A stretch of 62,933 nucleotides of DNA, counting the filler, from Sphacelaria rigidula (Eukaryota), in NCBI GenBank assembly GCA_964200075.2. It is 10 parts of 10 records of this genome, joined end to end, with 100 filler letters (N's around TTAATTAATTAA, not from the genome) between each part and the next. Parts side by side here need not be neighbours in the genome. Positions count along the whole stretch, not along the records: positions 18,913 to 25,115 come from CAXNAA020021531.1; positions 25,216 to 31,418 come from CAXNAA020021532.1; positions 31,519 to 37,721 come from CAXNAA020021533.1; positions 37,822 to 44,024 come from CAXNAA020021534.1; 6 more parts are not named here. One strand, 5' to 3'. A program made the translations under genes and the position numbers. A model generated the notes under the pieces. That model saw only the letters and a list, made by a program, of their open reading frames with translations. It made no database searches and was not told the DNA's origin. Below are positions 24,287 to 38,054 of the stretch, one piece after another (within the stretch, counting starts at the first letter, position 1; every line of letters starts with the position of its first letter).

Positions 24287-24596
24287 GAGTCATCCTACGA
24301 TAGGGGGGGGGGGGGGTATTTGATTGCCCGAAAAACGAGACTCGAAAGTGTGTCAGACGACCTGCCACACTCGCGGTGCGCTTGTATTTGGTTCAAAACG
24401 GTGTCAATTGGTATGAATGAGCATCATTCATCTATAACAAGCTCGCTCGAGCAACCGTTGCTCCTTTCAACGACGATTTGAGTTGGAACTTCGTGCAAGA
24501 TGTGGTCCAAAATATCCCCTCTGCGAGGTCAATGGTCTTATGACTATGGCATGCATGATCATGGGTACACCCCCCCCCCCTATCGTAGGATGACTC
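24287..24596. mobile_element. Sola2-like MITE; partial ends also at ~6142, ~6305, ~25216-25308 and ~31590-31618
   Basis: Perfect TIR GAGTCATCCTACGATAGGGGG; flanks TGAG/TAAG (4-bp TSD with 1 mismatch). Confidence 0.8.
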
Positions 24597-27171
24597 TAAG
24601 GCCGGGTTGGGCTGGCTGACACCAGCAGTCCGAGGAAAGACGCAGCATTCTGGTTAGTGCGGGGAATCAGTTACACCTGCTGTCAAACTGCTCCGTACCA
24701 CGTCCGTGCGGGAGCTACGTGACTTGCACTCTCTCAGTGACCCGCACGCGCAAGCTGTGCGGAGTTTTTTTTGTCACCCGTGATATCGTCGAACTCTCCC
24801 CCGGTCGTACACCTGAGAAACCGAGACCACGCTTAGGTCAGCTAAGACAACGACTCCTGGGAGAGTACAGCACTCGGCTTGTACAGAGAGTAACTATTAC
24901 TACTGTGTACTGCTCCGCATCGCAGTGGTGTGGGATTGAATGCCCATCGCGTTGGCATTACTGACTGCACCATACTGTGCTCAAGACCCGTACATTTGCT
25001 GCTTCATGGCGATGACATCGGAGCACGCCCTACTCCTGCCGGCGGGGGGCGCTAATCCGACTGAACATCGCCACCGCCGAAAGCATTGCTGCCGTAGCTC
25101 TGACAGCAGACAACGNNNNNNNNNNNNNNNNNNNNNNNNNNNNNNNNNNNNNNNNNNNNTTAATTAATTAANNNNNNNNNNNNNNNNNNNNNNNNNNNNN
25201 NNNNNNNNNNNNNNNACAACCGTTGCTGCTTTCAACAACGATCTGACTCGAAATTTCGAGCAACAAATCGCCCAAAATACCCCCCCCCCCCCTATCGTAG
25301 GATGGCTCCATCCTTTTTCTCGAACCTACCATAACACAGCACGGATACAGGCGTAATAAAGCGAAAAGAAAATACATCTACTTCCTCATATCAAGACAGG
25401 AAATAACCGAGATTTTCCCCCACATCATAAAGGTAAGACAAGCATAAAATTAAAAGCTAGACATGTAAGTAGCAGCGTGAAGGTTGATCACCTTACATGC
25501 CAATCGAGAATACAGAAGATGTAACCAGTACGGACAAGGTAGGGTCATCACCCCCTCCATATTAATTTCACATGAATGTTGGCGTCTCGTGGTGAGATAC
25601 CCTAAAACCTTACCGGTTTCCAGTGGGCGGTGGGAATCTGGCCAGCCATTTCCTGAAATTTCTGGCATTAGGTGCAAAAGGCGCCTAATGAAAAAAGGGG
25701 TGGATAATGCGTGACATAAACGTCAAGACTCACTGCACTCATGAAATAGCACCTTGACAATGACCCGCCACATGACCTACGAGAACGAGCACCAAGCGGT
25801 ACGGAGACTTCTTGAGATATTGAGGGATAGAAGCTGGTACAAAGTGTGTGGGAATCGTTGGCCAAGCTTTCGGCAGTGAAGGTCTACTCGGAAGCAGTAA
25901 TGAAGTAGTGACCCATGGTGAATCGTACACGGAGTGGAAAAGTGATGTGTGGGACATCCCGATGTAAGACGTTGTGTTATGCAAGCCGTCCTTGAACCTT
26001 ACACAGTGAAAATCACAAGCGCAGCAGCGGGGGAAGAAGATAGGAGATACGATCGTGGGACGCCTGGATGGTTTTCCACGAAGATCGCCTGGCACGAACG
26101 TGGCGTACTTGTGTCTTGTGACCGTAGCCATCAGGCATCATGCGGCGATCAATCAATAAATCAATCGATCAGCAAGTCCGGCGTAGAGGACCACAGGGCT
26201 CACGGTGTACTACACTTTTATTGAGGTTGATGGTCGCCGACGGAGAGGAGCGACTCAGCTACAACACCGGAGTTGCTTGCCTTGACCCCAGTCGACGATA
26301 CTGCTCCGAGGATAACTTTGACACCCAAGGAAATAGAGAGTAGGTCTATCTTCCCGAACAACGAATATTTCAGCGTATGTAGCCAAGCCTAGCGTAGCCC
26401 GCAACCAACATTGTGCGGAAGGGGCTGGAGAACTGTGACGTATACCCTTCAAAAAGTTCCAACTGTTAATTCAATCGCCCTGTTTCGTATATAACCACTG
26501 CATAACATTCTCCCATCGAACAAAGAAACATCAAGTTACCCCGATATCAAATCGAATGTTCGAATCAAAGACTGCTGAGATATAACATTCCACTCGACTC
26601 AACGCGTCGGAGGAAGATCTCACCTCAAAGCTTCGAGAGCTTGCGCTTTTGTGTATCTGGCGTTGTGAAGCAACATGTAGTGCGGAGATTCCGGCAAAAA
26701 CTGGAGGCAAAAGAGGGATATGCTGGCAAGTACCACAGACCCGAAGTAGCCTGCCGGATATACACAACACGCAGCCAAGAAGAAGGGGGCACACGATTAC
26801 AACAAGGGTGCCGATACATCGAGTCATGCAAAATACACACCACCCACCATTACAGGCTGGGCCAGCCGACAGTGATTTTTCTATGTATTTTGGCGATGCT
26901 TTCGGTGATTCGAAGAGTTGGGCGCTGAAAATTTGACACAACATTTTTATATTACTACGCACATAATTTCCCGAGGTACATTAGAAGAAACAAAAAAAAG
27001 GAAGTTAGAGCGATTTGAAGTTTCTGCAAAAACTGGAAAAATGCTATAACTCCGCGAAAAAAAAATTAAAATGCGGATCCACCTCCAGAAATGTTGTGCG
27101 TGGTGATGATAAAATTATTGTGTCATAATTTCAGCGCCTAGCTCTGCGAAGTACCCACAGCATCCAAGTTT

Positions 27172-27345
27172 TCGTGTGGCACCCGGTGGTCAAAATGGTT
27201 GAACCGCCTCTTATTACAGAGGTCACGAGTTCGAATCCCGACACGACCATTTTTGTTTTGCGCATAGTTTGGCATAGCGCCTCGCATCTGGGGGGGTACA
27301 AAGCGCGGTTTGAGGCAGTACTTCTCCCTCTTATGGTGGTAAATG
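27172..27345 (+). mobile_element. tRNA-derived SINE-like element or tRNA pseudogene
   Basis: A box TGGTCAAAATGG (27187), B box GAGTTCGAATCC (27227), then CCA and a T-run; no proper cloverleaf. Confidence 0.55.
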
Positions 27346-30300
27346 ACCGTCGGCTTGGAGGTTCTCTCCCGTGATGGAGCTGTTGACAACCTTGATGCCA
27401 TCTTGCAGCACTGTTCGTACCAGTGTGCTTTTGCCTGCTCATGTAAAGTCAACGCGTGCCTGTGCGGCGCAGTTACCTACCGTAATTGCACCGCATTTCG
27501 TGAAACGAAACATCAGACACGCTATCACACAACGACACGAAATGTTCCGGGTATTCAATGCAGTACAATAATATCACCGCCAAAACTTCGTCAATCGACC
27601 AGCGGCGGTGCCGTGCATCACCAGGCTGGTCTGCAGTTAAACTTGACAAGTTGTGGTTGGAGATGCAAATGCGGGATGTACTGCTGGCACAGCTCGTATC
27701 ATATTTCTCATTTTCGAGCCTACTTCGTACTCTCTCCATCTCTGCTTCTTCCTCTTCGTTGAGCTTCCATCAGTGACTGCTTTAGTTTTTATCACATTGG
27801 GTACATGTATCTTGTCACCGCAGTTGGACTCCTACGTGTTGTGTGTTTTGTGTTTTCATCATACCTATTCTGGACGCCAGTCTACACCCTTCAGTATATG
27901 TGGCGCATCAGCCGGGGTCACACAGGAGGAAGGCCAACACAGTACTTTTTTGGCAGCAGTTGATGCGCGACAGTCAGTCAATCAACCAACCGAATCAAGT
28001 CGACATCCGGCATATGCAGGACAGCTTCCAGTTGGAGATTTAGCTTCTTAAACGCCAGGGTACCTTCATCCATCTGTGTAACCGGCGTCACGTTCACTTT
28101 ATAAATGATCCCGTTGCTGTGAGCTCAACCAGCTGAGACGGTGTGACGCGCGACAGGGTATACAGCACCATGCACCAGACAGTAGCACCTCAGTTACTCT
28201 CATATGACGCATCAGGCTTCACATCCCAGCATGTTACTCACACACATCCCTGCAAGAGACCAGCTGGGAAATGTGTCAGGGTTACACGGTCACTGGACCC
28301 TATATTGCCGCATCGCGGTGGCAATACTCATTGGTTGGCATTACCGATATTGGTGGCTTGTCGCACATCAACATCAACATCAACATCAACATCAATTTGT
28401 CCGCTACGAGCTGGACCAGCAGAAAACCCCGCGACCACTTTCCACACACCAGATTTTCAAATTTATCAAATCAGCACGACTTGAGCATATCGCTGTGAAA
28501 CGCAGACCAACCTGGTAACACACGGTACCACCGCTGTAAGAACAAAAACAAGAAGGAAAAAAAGGAAAAAAAAGGAAAAAAAATGTACTGCATAATATAT
28601 AACCTTAACGCCGGACGAAAGAAAGATAATATATCGGAATTCGAACTAATTTCCTCCATAACTAGAGTCTCCTGCATCATTTGGATTAAAGGGGCCCGGC
28701 CGTGTCACACGAAAAGTGCGATGCGGTGCCCAATTTGAGATATTTTTGGCCGAAATTTTACCAGCATGTCCTGAACGCAAGTGCCCACGACGTTGTTCGG
28801 GGTGGAGCCGTTTTCATCTATTTTTCACTGAGTATTAGCATTTTTCCTGTTTTAGCTGAAACTTCAACTCAATCTAACTTCCTCGGGTTTTTCGTTTCCT
28901 CTGCACCCCCAATAGATTTGCGCGGGTTGAGGATAAAAATGTGGCAAAATTTAGCGCCTCAAATCTTCAAATTACCAAGCGCATCGCCATTCTTCATTCA
29001 AAAATCACCATCAGCTGACCAAGCTCGTACGATTTCAGCCTTGGTCAAGAGATCGACGTACACGAGGTGAAACAAACGCGACATCCGATGAGGGTGGATT
29101 GCTGTAGTGGGTCTACACAACGACAATTGAGCAGATTTTTGGGTTTCGAGTGCCGCAAGCGCTTTTTGTCGTTCGAGAACATGGGATCGCGAACGGACAA
29201 GACAACCAAAACAAACGCCGATAATCTGCGAGAGTACCGATCAAATTCTCGATGACAAGGTTCCACGCAACTGCAGTCAGTGCAGAAGGAGATACGGATT
29301 TACTTCAGGTAGTGTGCTACTATAGTGTGAATCAAATTCTGATTCGTTTCATCGCTTTTTCACATACTCCTTCCCTTGTCTTCTAGGGGAGGGAAGGCTT
29401 GAGAGTACGAAAACAATGAAGATATTGATTGTGCTCTATCGATGTGCCTTGATTCGCGTAAACTTTTTTCTATTGTTGAATAGTGAATGTTCATTGCGAT
29501 TCTTCCTACATGACAACCCTTGCGCACCCTTCAAGTTGGCCCATATCAGTCAGCACAACAGGGTGACGTCACCCATGGCCCTCCCGACACCTCCACTCGG
29601 AACAATGCCCTTCACATTTTTACGCGGAACACGCACCCGTGTTGCTGCACTATGCAGAGACCTACGGCTCGTAAATTCGACACCCGTTACACTCGCGCTC
29701 GCCGACCGCGAGGCAATGTTCCGAGACTTGAATACAACCCGGCGGTCTGATCGAAAATGGTAGTGCATACTCCGAAGTACAAACAAAGCCGGTCAGAGCG
29801 AAAGATTGAGGCCCAGAATCTCGACAACTGCAGACTTTTCTCCCACGACTGCCTTACTTACGTCATTGAAAGCGTGAGGACGTGAATAGCAAGATAATAA
29901 TAAGAATGTGACGACAGTCGACTCGGTGCGGGAGTGCTGATGCAATTCAAAATTCCGCAATGCCAGGCATTTTTCGGCGAGGCAGGGATTCAATACCCTG
30001 TGACCACGGACTGATTTATCCCAAGGAAGGGTTGGGATTGGAAGTGAAGCGAGGGGAGAAATAAAAACTATGGGCTCGTACGTTACCCGTCCGCTCAAGA
30101 CACCGTAGAATGATTCTACATCCATCACTGGACATACATAAGACAAACAAGCACTTTGATCGCACGACGCTGCAGTATGTGAGTCAGATACCTGGGGACC
30201 ACAGCACAAATACGTGGAAACAACACCTGCCAGGTTAACGTCAAGCTACTACCCTAGTCTACCTGGACGTCAACTGGTGCGCCTTATTTACTCGTTGCCT

Positions 30301-30368
30301 TAAAGAGCGTGGGGTTACATGTTGCGTTTTGAGTTTTGAGAAAGCAACGCTTCGAACGAAGGACTCAC

Positions 30369-30541
30369 CGTACAACTTGACGCCTATCAGAGCACCAACG
30401 ACGTAGCTCAAGATCATGCCCATCACCATCGCGAGCTTGATCGATATCATGGCCTTGTCCCTGGCTGACTTTGGCACAACCTCCCTCAAGTACATTGGAG
30501 CGCATCGTAGCATGAGGCCAAGGCCGAACCCGTAAAGGAAC
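30369..30541 (-). CDS. Internal exon of a sugar-porter family MFS transporter
   Basis: tgcAG acceptor, G|GTGAGT donor; (R)FLYGFGLGLMLRCAPMYLREVVPKSARDKAMISIKLAMVMGMILSYVVG fits the TM4-TM5 sugar transporter signature. Confidence 0.85.
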
Positions 30542-31663
30542 CTGCACATATCAAATTGGAAAGCGAGGTCCGGTACATTCGGGAGCACCTCGTAACATTT
30601 TCCCGACTTTGGGATAGTTCACGACAGTCTTCGATTTCGAAGTATTTGATATCGGTACAACAGAGTACGGTCGTTTCTCCCGGGCTCATCCACCTTTGAG
30701 ACTGCGGGATCGTCTAGAGAAAGACGGGAGTTGAGTGGCTGGAACTGGTACAAAACTTAAATTCAAAAATTCAAAATCTGTGATGTGCGGTGTTTTCCGC
30801 GTTTCCAGGGCTACGGTCGTAGTCCGCAGCACATCCTCTCTTACGTGACACACCACCACCCTGTTATGCTTCGGTACAGGATACGACATTGTCTGGCCCA
30901 ATTGCTAGTCTGTAGTTCAAGCTACCAAATGTGTGGATGTGCGCTGAGCGCGTTGGGCAAAACGCAGCATGATGTCTGAACCCTTGCGAGTAAGCTCATC
31001 TTCCTACCGGAGTGTACAACACGTTGCTAGAGCTCGAAAATGGCGTGTCGCAAAAAACGACCCCAGGATGAAGGTTAGAGATCGAAAAATCGGCGAAAAA
31101 CGGAAGGTCCGCCCCTAAGGCTCTAGAAGAGTAAGATGAGTCACGAGTGATTTTCATCAAACGTTTCTCGGCTTTTGTCGACGCGTTCTCACGTCTGAGC
31201 AGAAATGCTGCTATCCGCAGGAGTTGAAATGGGTATATAATGACCTCTCTATTTGTTCAATATTACCGTGGACATCAAGGAAGCCGAGCGGACTTTTGCG
31301 ACAGAGAACAGCGACATAGTTTATGATGCAGAGTATGCGTTGAATAGAACATACTTCCTCTGTCCCATGAGTAAAGTCCGTTATGGGCTTTTAATCGTTT
31401 GTGCATTCAAACTCTTCCNNNNNNNNNNNNNNNNNNNNNNNNNNNNNNNNNNNNNNNNNNNNTTAATTAATTAANNNNNNNNNNNNNNNNNNNNNNNNNN
31501 NNNNNNNNNNNNNNNNNNAAAGGCCCGGCGCGGGGGGCAGGCCGCCTGACCTACTTTTAACCCTTTTTTTCTGTGCAACCAAAAACCCCCCCCCCCCCCC
31601 CTATCGTAGGGTGACTCGAAGGGGGAAGGTCAATCAACCAGAAACGAGAAGAAAGAGATTCTT

Positions 31664-33008
31664 GTGACAGTCAAGACGGAAGGTAAATCGCCCACAACTG
31701 AAAACACTCAGTTTGAACCAACAGTAGACGAACCGCTACCTGTACCAACTAACACACCACGCACTGACGCCCCAGGTATACGTCGCGCCTACCTCGAACT
31801 CAACATCAAAAGTGTAGATAAGGTCAAACCCCGGTTACCGTTCATTGCAGGGTCCAACGCGAGTCTCGATTGTAGTCAGCTGAGATCATCGCTCAAAAAC
31901 GTATTGAGCAATATCCTCGCCGTGTGTGACCCGCACTTTGTGAGCCTTGGTTCGCGGGTGTACTCGCGCATTGCATCGAGCGATAGTGCAAGCCATCGAC
32001 CTTAACTCTTTGCAATCGTCGAAAATCACCTCAATGTGCGACGCTCATTTCGACCAAGTGTCGCGAGCCCTCAACAAGGGCTCAAGCGGGAACGAAGCGT
32101 TTACGCTTTTGCTCCGCCTGCTCAGTTCGTCGCTCGACACGAGCTACGAGGGGGAGTCCATCGAGAGATTGCTCAGTTTCACGGTCCCGGTACAAACCCC
32201 GTTTGATCAATACCTTAAGGACTTCAGAATATTGGTTTCGGTCACCGTTGATGGCGGGCGTGAACAAGCGCCGACCCAGGAGATGGTACTGTCGCTCATT
32301 CGTTCCAGTATGGGTCGACAGTATCCCAGACTCATGCCCAGTGTTTTGGGGGGCGATGCAGCTAATGCAGCCGTTCCGTTTTCGGATCTCGAGGAGATGT
32401 GGAGTAGACCAGATGGGTTGCGTACAAATCGTACACAGGCTATAGAGTCAACTTGGGTGAGACAAGATGGTGCAACCGCGGGACTTCGCCAGCATGTTCC
32501 GCTGATCAATACTCAGGAATCCTTTACCCTTGCAGCTGCCTCTGCGCCACGAGCGCGAACAACCAGAAAATCGTGTCAACCCCCATGGGTGCCCGAATCT
32601 ACGACGTCCACCGAGGAGGTAATCCTAACTGCAGAGGTACAGGCGCCCGACGCGTTCGCTAGTCGATTCCCCGGCTGGCCCTTCGTCAATGAAATTTGGC
32701 AGGAGGTATACAACGTAAGTATGTCGATGAACAACAATGACCCCTCACGTTGGGCCCACGACGTCGAGCCCCACATACGAAATGAGTTCATCCGCGAGTG
32801 TAAGGATAAATGCCTGAAATGTGGGGTATGGCTCGATAGACAGACGGGGTATTCCGCCGACGGCCGCGTATCTATTCGTATAATGCCTGACGGGGAAGTA
32901 CCGTTCCTGAACGCATTCGGCGTCTTGAACAACATGTTTGACGATCCTCAATATGCATCATGCTGGCCAACTTGGCAGGCACGTATGCGTTCTTACCGTC
33001 GCCCTTAA
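31664..33008 (+). pseudogene. gag: Probable gag of a diverged family-A-related Gypsy (frameshifted near 31960)
   Basis: Long ORF upstream of and co-oriented with protease relics in the same contig; ends in a degenerate Cys motif (KCLKCG). Confidence 0.6.
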
Positions 33009-34433
33009 TCCGGCGACGCGAGTGGTCAGCAATATCGCCCTAGACGGGGAAATCGTTATCAAGGCAACGAAAACTGCTACCATAACTCGCAGTACCAACA
33101 ACCGTACGACCAGACTTAGCCCGCTGACGCTATGCCACGTCTGACACAGTCTGACCCGGCTACCTCTCAACCGCGCGGCGAGGTCCAATCACAAGATGGA
33201 CGACGCCCACTGATAATTGCACCTAGCCCATCGGGTAAACCCCGCCAGGAAGACTACCACCCACCTAACCCAGATGCTCATCGTACAACTTGACCACTTT
33301 CTGGAAGCGTTTTTGGCACTCTGGCGTTTCCGTGCAGCAGACACTGGGGTAACACAGGACGAGTGATCACACCCAAAACTTGGGCGCCACCACCTGCCCG
33401 TACATTTTCTACTTCTGATGACCGTTGATTCCTCAATCGTCAGCACAATTCCACAATCAGGAATCATTATTCGCCGGTAACTTACCGCAGAAGTACCCAA
33501 CAATTTCCTTTCGCTCGACCAGGTCACATACATCACACACGTGAATCAACGGCGGCCACCGCAGGTTCAACCATGTGGTGTGGCTTCCCTGGATATGCTG
33601 ACACTGTCTTGATGGGTTCCAAGACAGTCAAAGCCCGTGCACCATTGTATGGCTATCAATTGAGCAGTGACCAGCCCCAACATTCAAATCCTGGATTTGA
33701 TCATTTAGTATACATCCACCAGGTATTATCATAGTCAATCGAATCCCTTCTCTTCAGGGAAGAGGACGTCATGTAGTGCAATTTCTCACGCACCCGGAGC
33801 CGAAGCATCTTCTGGTACGGTAGACGCTGGCCCTTCGACCGTTCATCGGAGGATATCAAGTTCAAAGCCACACACTTAAGCACCCCCCAGCTGCTCGAGT
33901 GCCCGGCTAACTACCCTACCTAGTTCCGCAAAAACTACGGTCCCCGGTTCCCTTTTATTTGATGAGCGTAATTATTCCTTGAAGGGTTGCAACCGCAAAG
34001 AACCCATGCTTTCCGTCGCCCAGCGGGTTGGAATGAAATCCCAAGCGACAGCGATTCAGGTGGTGCGCCAAGAGCGTGATCTAGGTTCGACTGTCCAAGA
34101 ACTCATTTCAATAGCTCCTGGAGCCGCCGACCCTTTCGTGCACTATACGCGTCACCCTAGGCGGGCTCTTCCAGATGACCATGTAGATGACTCCGAAGAA
34201 GCAAGCGCACGTGAAGTCCAAGAAAGAGATTGCGTGTGGGCTCAAACAGATGAAAACCTTAGAGTGGAACAGGCCGGTACTCCCCAGATTTCGAACAGAT
34301 CGTTACTGCTCCCTGACCACCCCTCGTGCACTGCGTTAGAATCCATTTTCGATTAAGCGTCGCCGTCTGTAGGGACAGAGACTTCGCCGAATCATGGACG
34401 TTCGCATCCTAGTCATGAAGGCACCTCAATCGT

Positions 34434-37400
34434 GTGTTTGTCACCAGGCAGACAAAAAGTGTTACGCAAGATGACTCGTCTCCTAACTCGCCCATATTGG
34501 CGCCGACTATAAACGCCAGGATGAACAGCACAGCTCTATCAACCCCGCGTCCCGACGAATCGTCTCCAAAACCGCCCGCGTTGGCCGTAACTAGTGCCGG
34601 TATCGAGTTGATTGGCGAATCAAACTCAACACCGCGCCCCGATGAATCGTTCTCCGTCCTGACCAAGCTGGATAATGTAATTGATTTCGCTTTGCACAAT
34701 GACGATTCGCCCTCCCTGTTGGCCAATAAGGGTGAAACACCACGCACAAACCAGTTGTCGCGTCCAACCACGACAACTGCCCGTCCCCGGCATCGCCCCT
34801 CCGTTGCAGTATATGAGATTCAACCCTCCACTGATGAGACGAATATTTCAGGCACAAACACTGACACTCCATGCACGCACCATCCTTCCGACCAAAAGCT
34901 TGTCTCGCAGGATCATCAACATGTGCATTTTAGCACCTACGTTGGAAACGCAAAGCAGAATGTGTCAGATGTCTTACCCGGAATCGGGTCCGATCTCGTC
35001 AGTGGTACCGCAGCTATGGATGATGCTTCTTGCACGACCAAGATAGGTTTACATAGTTATGGGCGCGCCTGACCCCCCAAAATGAGCCAAAAAAGTGTCA
35101 CCGACCAAAAGCACGAACAGACCGGAGATCTCGTTCATCCCCTGATTATGCACGCCGTAAATTCCCCCCAAATTCCCCCCAAGTACTTGTCATTCGAGTG
35201 GGATTTCCACTTGACGATGTCCCATTTTCGTTGTTCCGGGCTACGAACCACGGCGTACCTAGGCTACTCACTGGCGTGTATTTGCCCAAGCTACAATCTG
35301 GGAAGATTGTGGAACCAAAGGAGTTATGGTGATCGAGAAAATCGCAAAAAACCCATATTTTGTTCACTTAATTTGTTATAAAACTTTCTCCCGATGAGAT
35401 AAAAAAATTCGATCACCCAGTTTTTAGCTGCCGTCTTGGCGCAGATGACGCAAAAAATTGCATCCCAATCGATGGCCTTGACGATGAGTAATTGGGGCAA
35501 CCGTTTGGGCTACGGGCGCAAACCATCACCTCCGACCCTCGCCAGTTTTCACGACATGCGAAAACATCACCCCTGTCCAACGGCCTCAGAATAGATTACA
35601 CCCATGAATGACTCTTGATACTGCAGATGGTTGATACATCGCATGTGTGGAATGTTCGGCAGATGTAGGATTTGAACCTTTGACCAAATCCCGAGAGGCT
35701 TTCGTGTGTGCGGATACTTACCCCCATCTGTGCATCGCTTGTGATAGTGGCAAGAGTAGCGCTCGTTCTCCTGCACCCGGTGCCATCACCACGCCATCAT
35801 CGATAGCGTAGTTTTGTATCTCATTTCACCTGGCGGCAAGTGTGGACAAACTCTGAATTGAAGGAGAAAATAAAGCCACAGAGCATGATAGAAGCACAGC
35901 TCCCATGAAAAGATCCGGATTTCGGTGTTCACAATAAAATTAAGATGGATTAACTTACCCTCCCCAATGGTCAACTATACTGCGTCAAGGGGACACAGAA
36001 GACAGCATAAAGTCGTCAGCCCACTTTTGCTGAAGCCCCATGGCACCGGAGCCCCATTCATGTCTTTCAGTGCACCAACCTGTCCTAAGGCATGCGTCCG
36101 TTGTATCGGTAGTGGTGGGTGACGACCGACGGTTTGTTTTCATTCCCTCTTGGAACACGATATCCTAGGAGTCCGATGAAAATCATGCATATTCATGAAA
36201 TGAAAAGGCATACCCACGGAACAACAAATACCCTTGCACAGGGCGAGTCATTCATCCGCCAAAATTTTAGAGCGATGAACATGACGAGGAAATCGATCAA
36301 CACCCGCCCAGCCTACATGACACACCCGGCGACTGTACTCTACTCGTCTGTGTAAGGGCCGTCCTCGTCGTAGATCATCAGTACATATGGTTCTGTCGCA
36401 TATTGAGCATATAATTTTGTAAAAATAAATGGTTCACGTTCCCGTTTCAGACGTTGGGCTACAAATAATCATGGTTGATATTACTTGGTTTGAATGTGAC
36501 AGTCCCGTGGGCTCCTCGTATGAGCAGAACGTGTTTTCGTTGAAATCGGCGCCACAGGCTCAGATTTGGGGTCTACCAAGGCCTCACTTTGTTCAGAGAA
36601 TGTATGTACCGCCCTTGCCCGAGGGTTCTCGGTGTGCGTTGGGTTGGATCAACCCAACTAGCCTCCTGGCGTTCCAGCGTATCGCAAGCATGGACGAAAA
36701 GCTACGCAGTGGCATGCAGCATATGTGGAACAACAACGGAAGTAACGGTAGGGTTTTCTATATGAACTTTGGATCCATGTCGTTCTCTTCCGATGAGGTT
36801 AGGCATACTTTACCCGACGAGCCTGAATAAGCCCCAAAAGTCGATCTGTTCGTGTCTTTTCGTGATTTTGGTCGGTGACACTTTTTTTGCCCAGTTCGGG
36901 GGGTCAGGCGTGCCCATAATAGTGGAGAACGTGCAAATTATCATTTCATAGCTCTTGCACTGCCAGACTCTGGTTCGCCTCAAAGGTTGATTACAGCCAG
37001 CTGTTGGCAGCAGATTATCAACGCGGGCGCGGCGGACAAGCAATGCCTTTCCACCGTGCACCCTCGTCGTTTTGGCGGGTTTGGTTCCTCCACATCTCTT
37101 ACGGTTAATCAATCGGTGAGACTCAGTGTACAATTCTTCCAGGATACTACTCCCACTGCTCGGTCATCCGTATGGGCACTAATTGTGCCCGACGGTTCAA
37201 TGTATTTCGATATTTTGTAGGGTCGAGATAGTTGGCTTCGTTTTTCCACACACACGTAAACGTCGGACACACTTGTCCCGAACCGTCCAGTCACAGACAA
37301 ACTGTCACTGGATCACTTCGACACTGATTCGGGGGCCCATGCCTACGAGGATGACCCCACGCAAACAGGTAATGCCTTCCGTCTTTACTATGTTGGTGAA

Positions 37401-37721
37401 CTTGCAGTCTCGCTTTCTCGTCAACCCCAACTTATTCATGTGAACCTCGTGAGACGCAATAGATCGCCCGCCCTCACAGGACATTATTCGGTCGAATTGC
37501 TCAATCCTGAGCAATCACAGGTTGGTCCGTTTGAACAGACCACAGTATTTGTTCATGAAGGTCGGCAGGCCATTTACTTCACATCTCCTGCATGTTTCGA
37601 CATACTCAACGGACAGTTGTTGGGTTATGCTCAAGCGCCTCTCCTACGAACTGCCCTGTCAGATGTGTGCCCCCCTGCAGACAACAACTTGTCAACCGAC
37701 CCCCAAAAACTACGCCCCCCC
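34434..37721 (+). pseudogene. pol: Degenerate Gypsy protease region split by a DNA transposon
   Basis: GSDLVSG...KIGLH, then DSGSPQ...GGFG...SVRLSVQF...VWALIVPD...GRDS and LVRRN.SPALTGHY, all aligning with ORF 42608..43948. Confidence 0.85.
35061..36915. mobile_element. 1855-bp TIR DNA transposon with 2-bp TSD (ISL2EU/PHIS-like), non-autonomous
   Basis: ~70-bp TIR GGGC(G/A)CGCCTGACCCCCC...AAAAAGTGTCACCGACCAAAA; AT on both flanks; removal restores the host frame. Confidence 0.85.
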
Positions 37722-38054
37722 NNNNNNNNNNNNNNNNNNNNNNNNNNNNNNNNNNNNNNNNNNNNTTAATTAATTAANNNNNNNNNNNNNNNNNNNNNNN
37801 NNNNNNNNNNNNNNNNNNNNNGAGTGTCAGAGAGACAAAGCGGCGGCAGCGCAGGGGCCAATGGAAGGGGGCGGAGGGCTCCAGAAGAAGGCGTCGAAGG
37901 ATGTGATGAATGCATAGATGAGCCGCGATAGGAGAGCCAGCGTAGGTGAAGCAGTGAAGAGTAGAGCGTACCTGAGGAGGACGAAGGAAGGGCCAGAACC
38001 AAACTGGGGGGGGAGACACAGATCGCGTTGAAAGGGGGGGCAAAGAGATAGAAC

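Noticed and set aside
27172..27250. Functional tRNA gene
   Set aside because: A and B boxes are present but acceptor and anticodon stems do not pair in register; the same applies to 61284-61352 and 61585-61660
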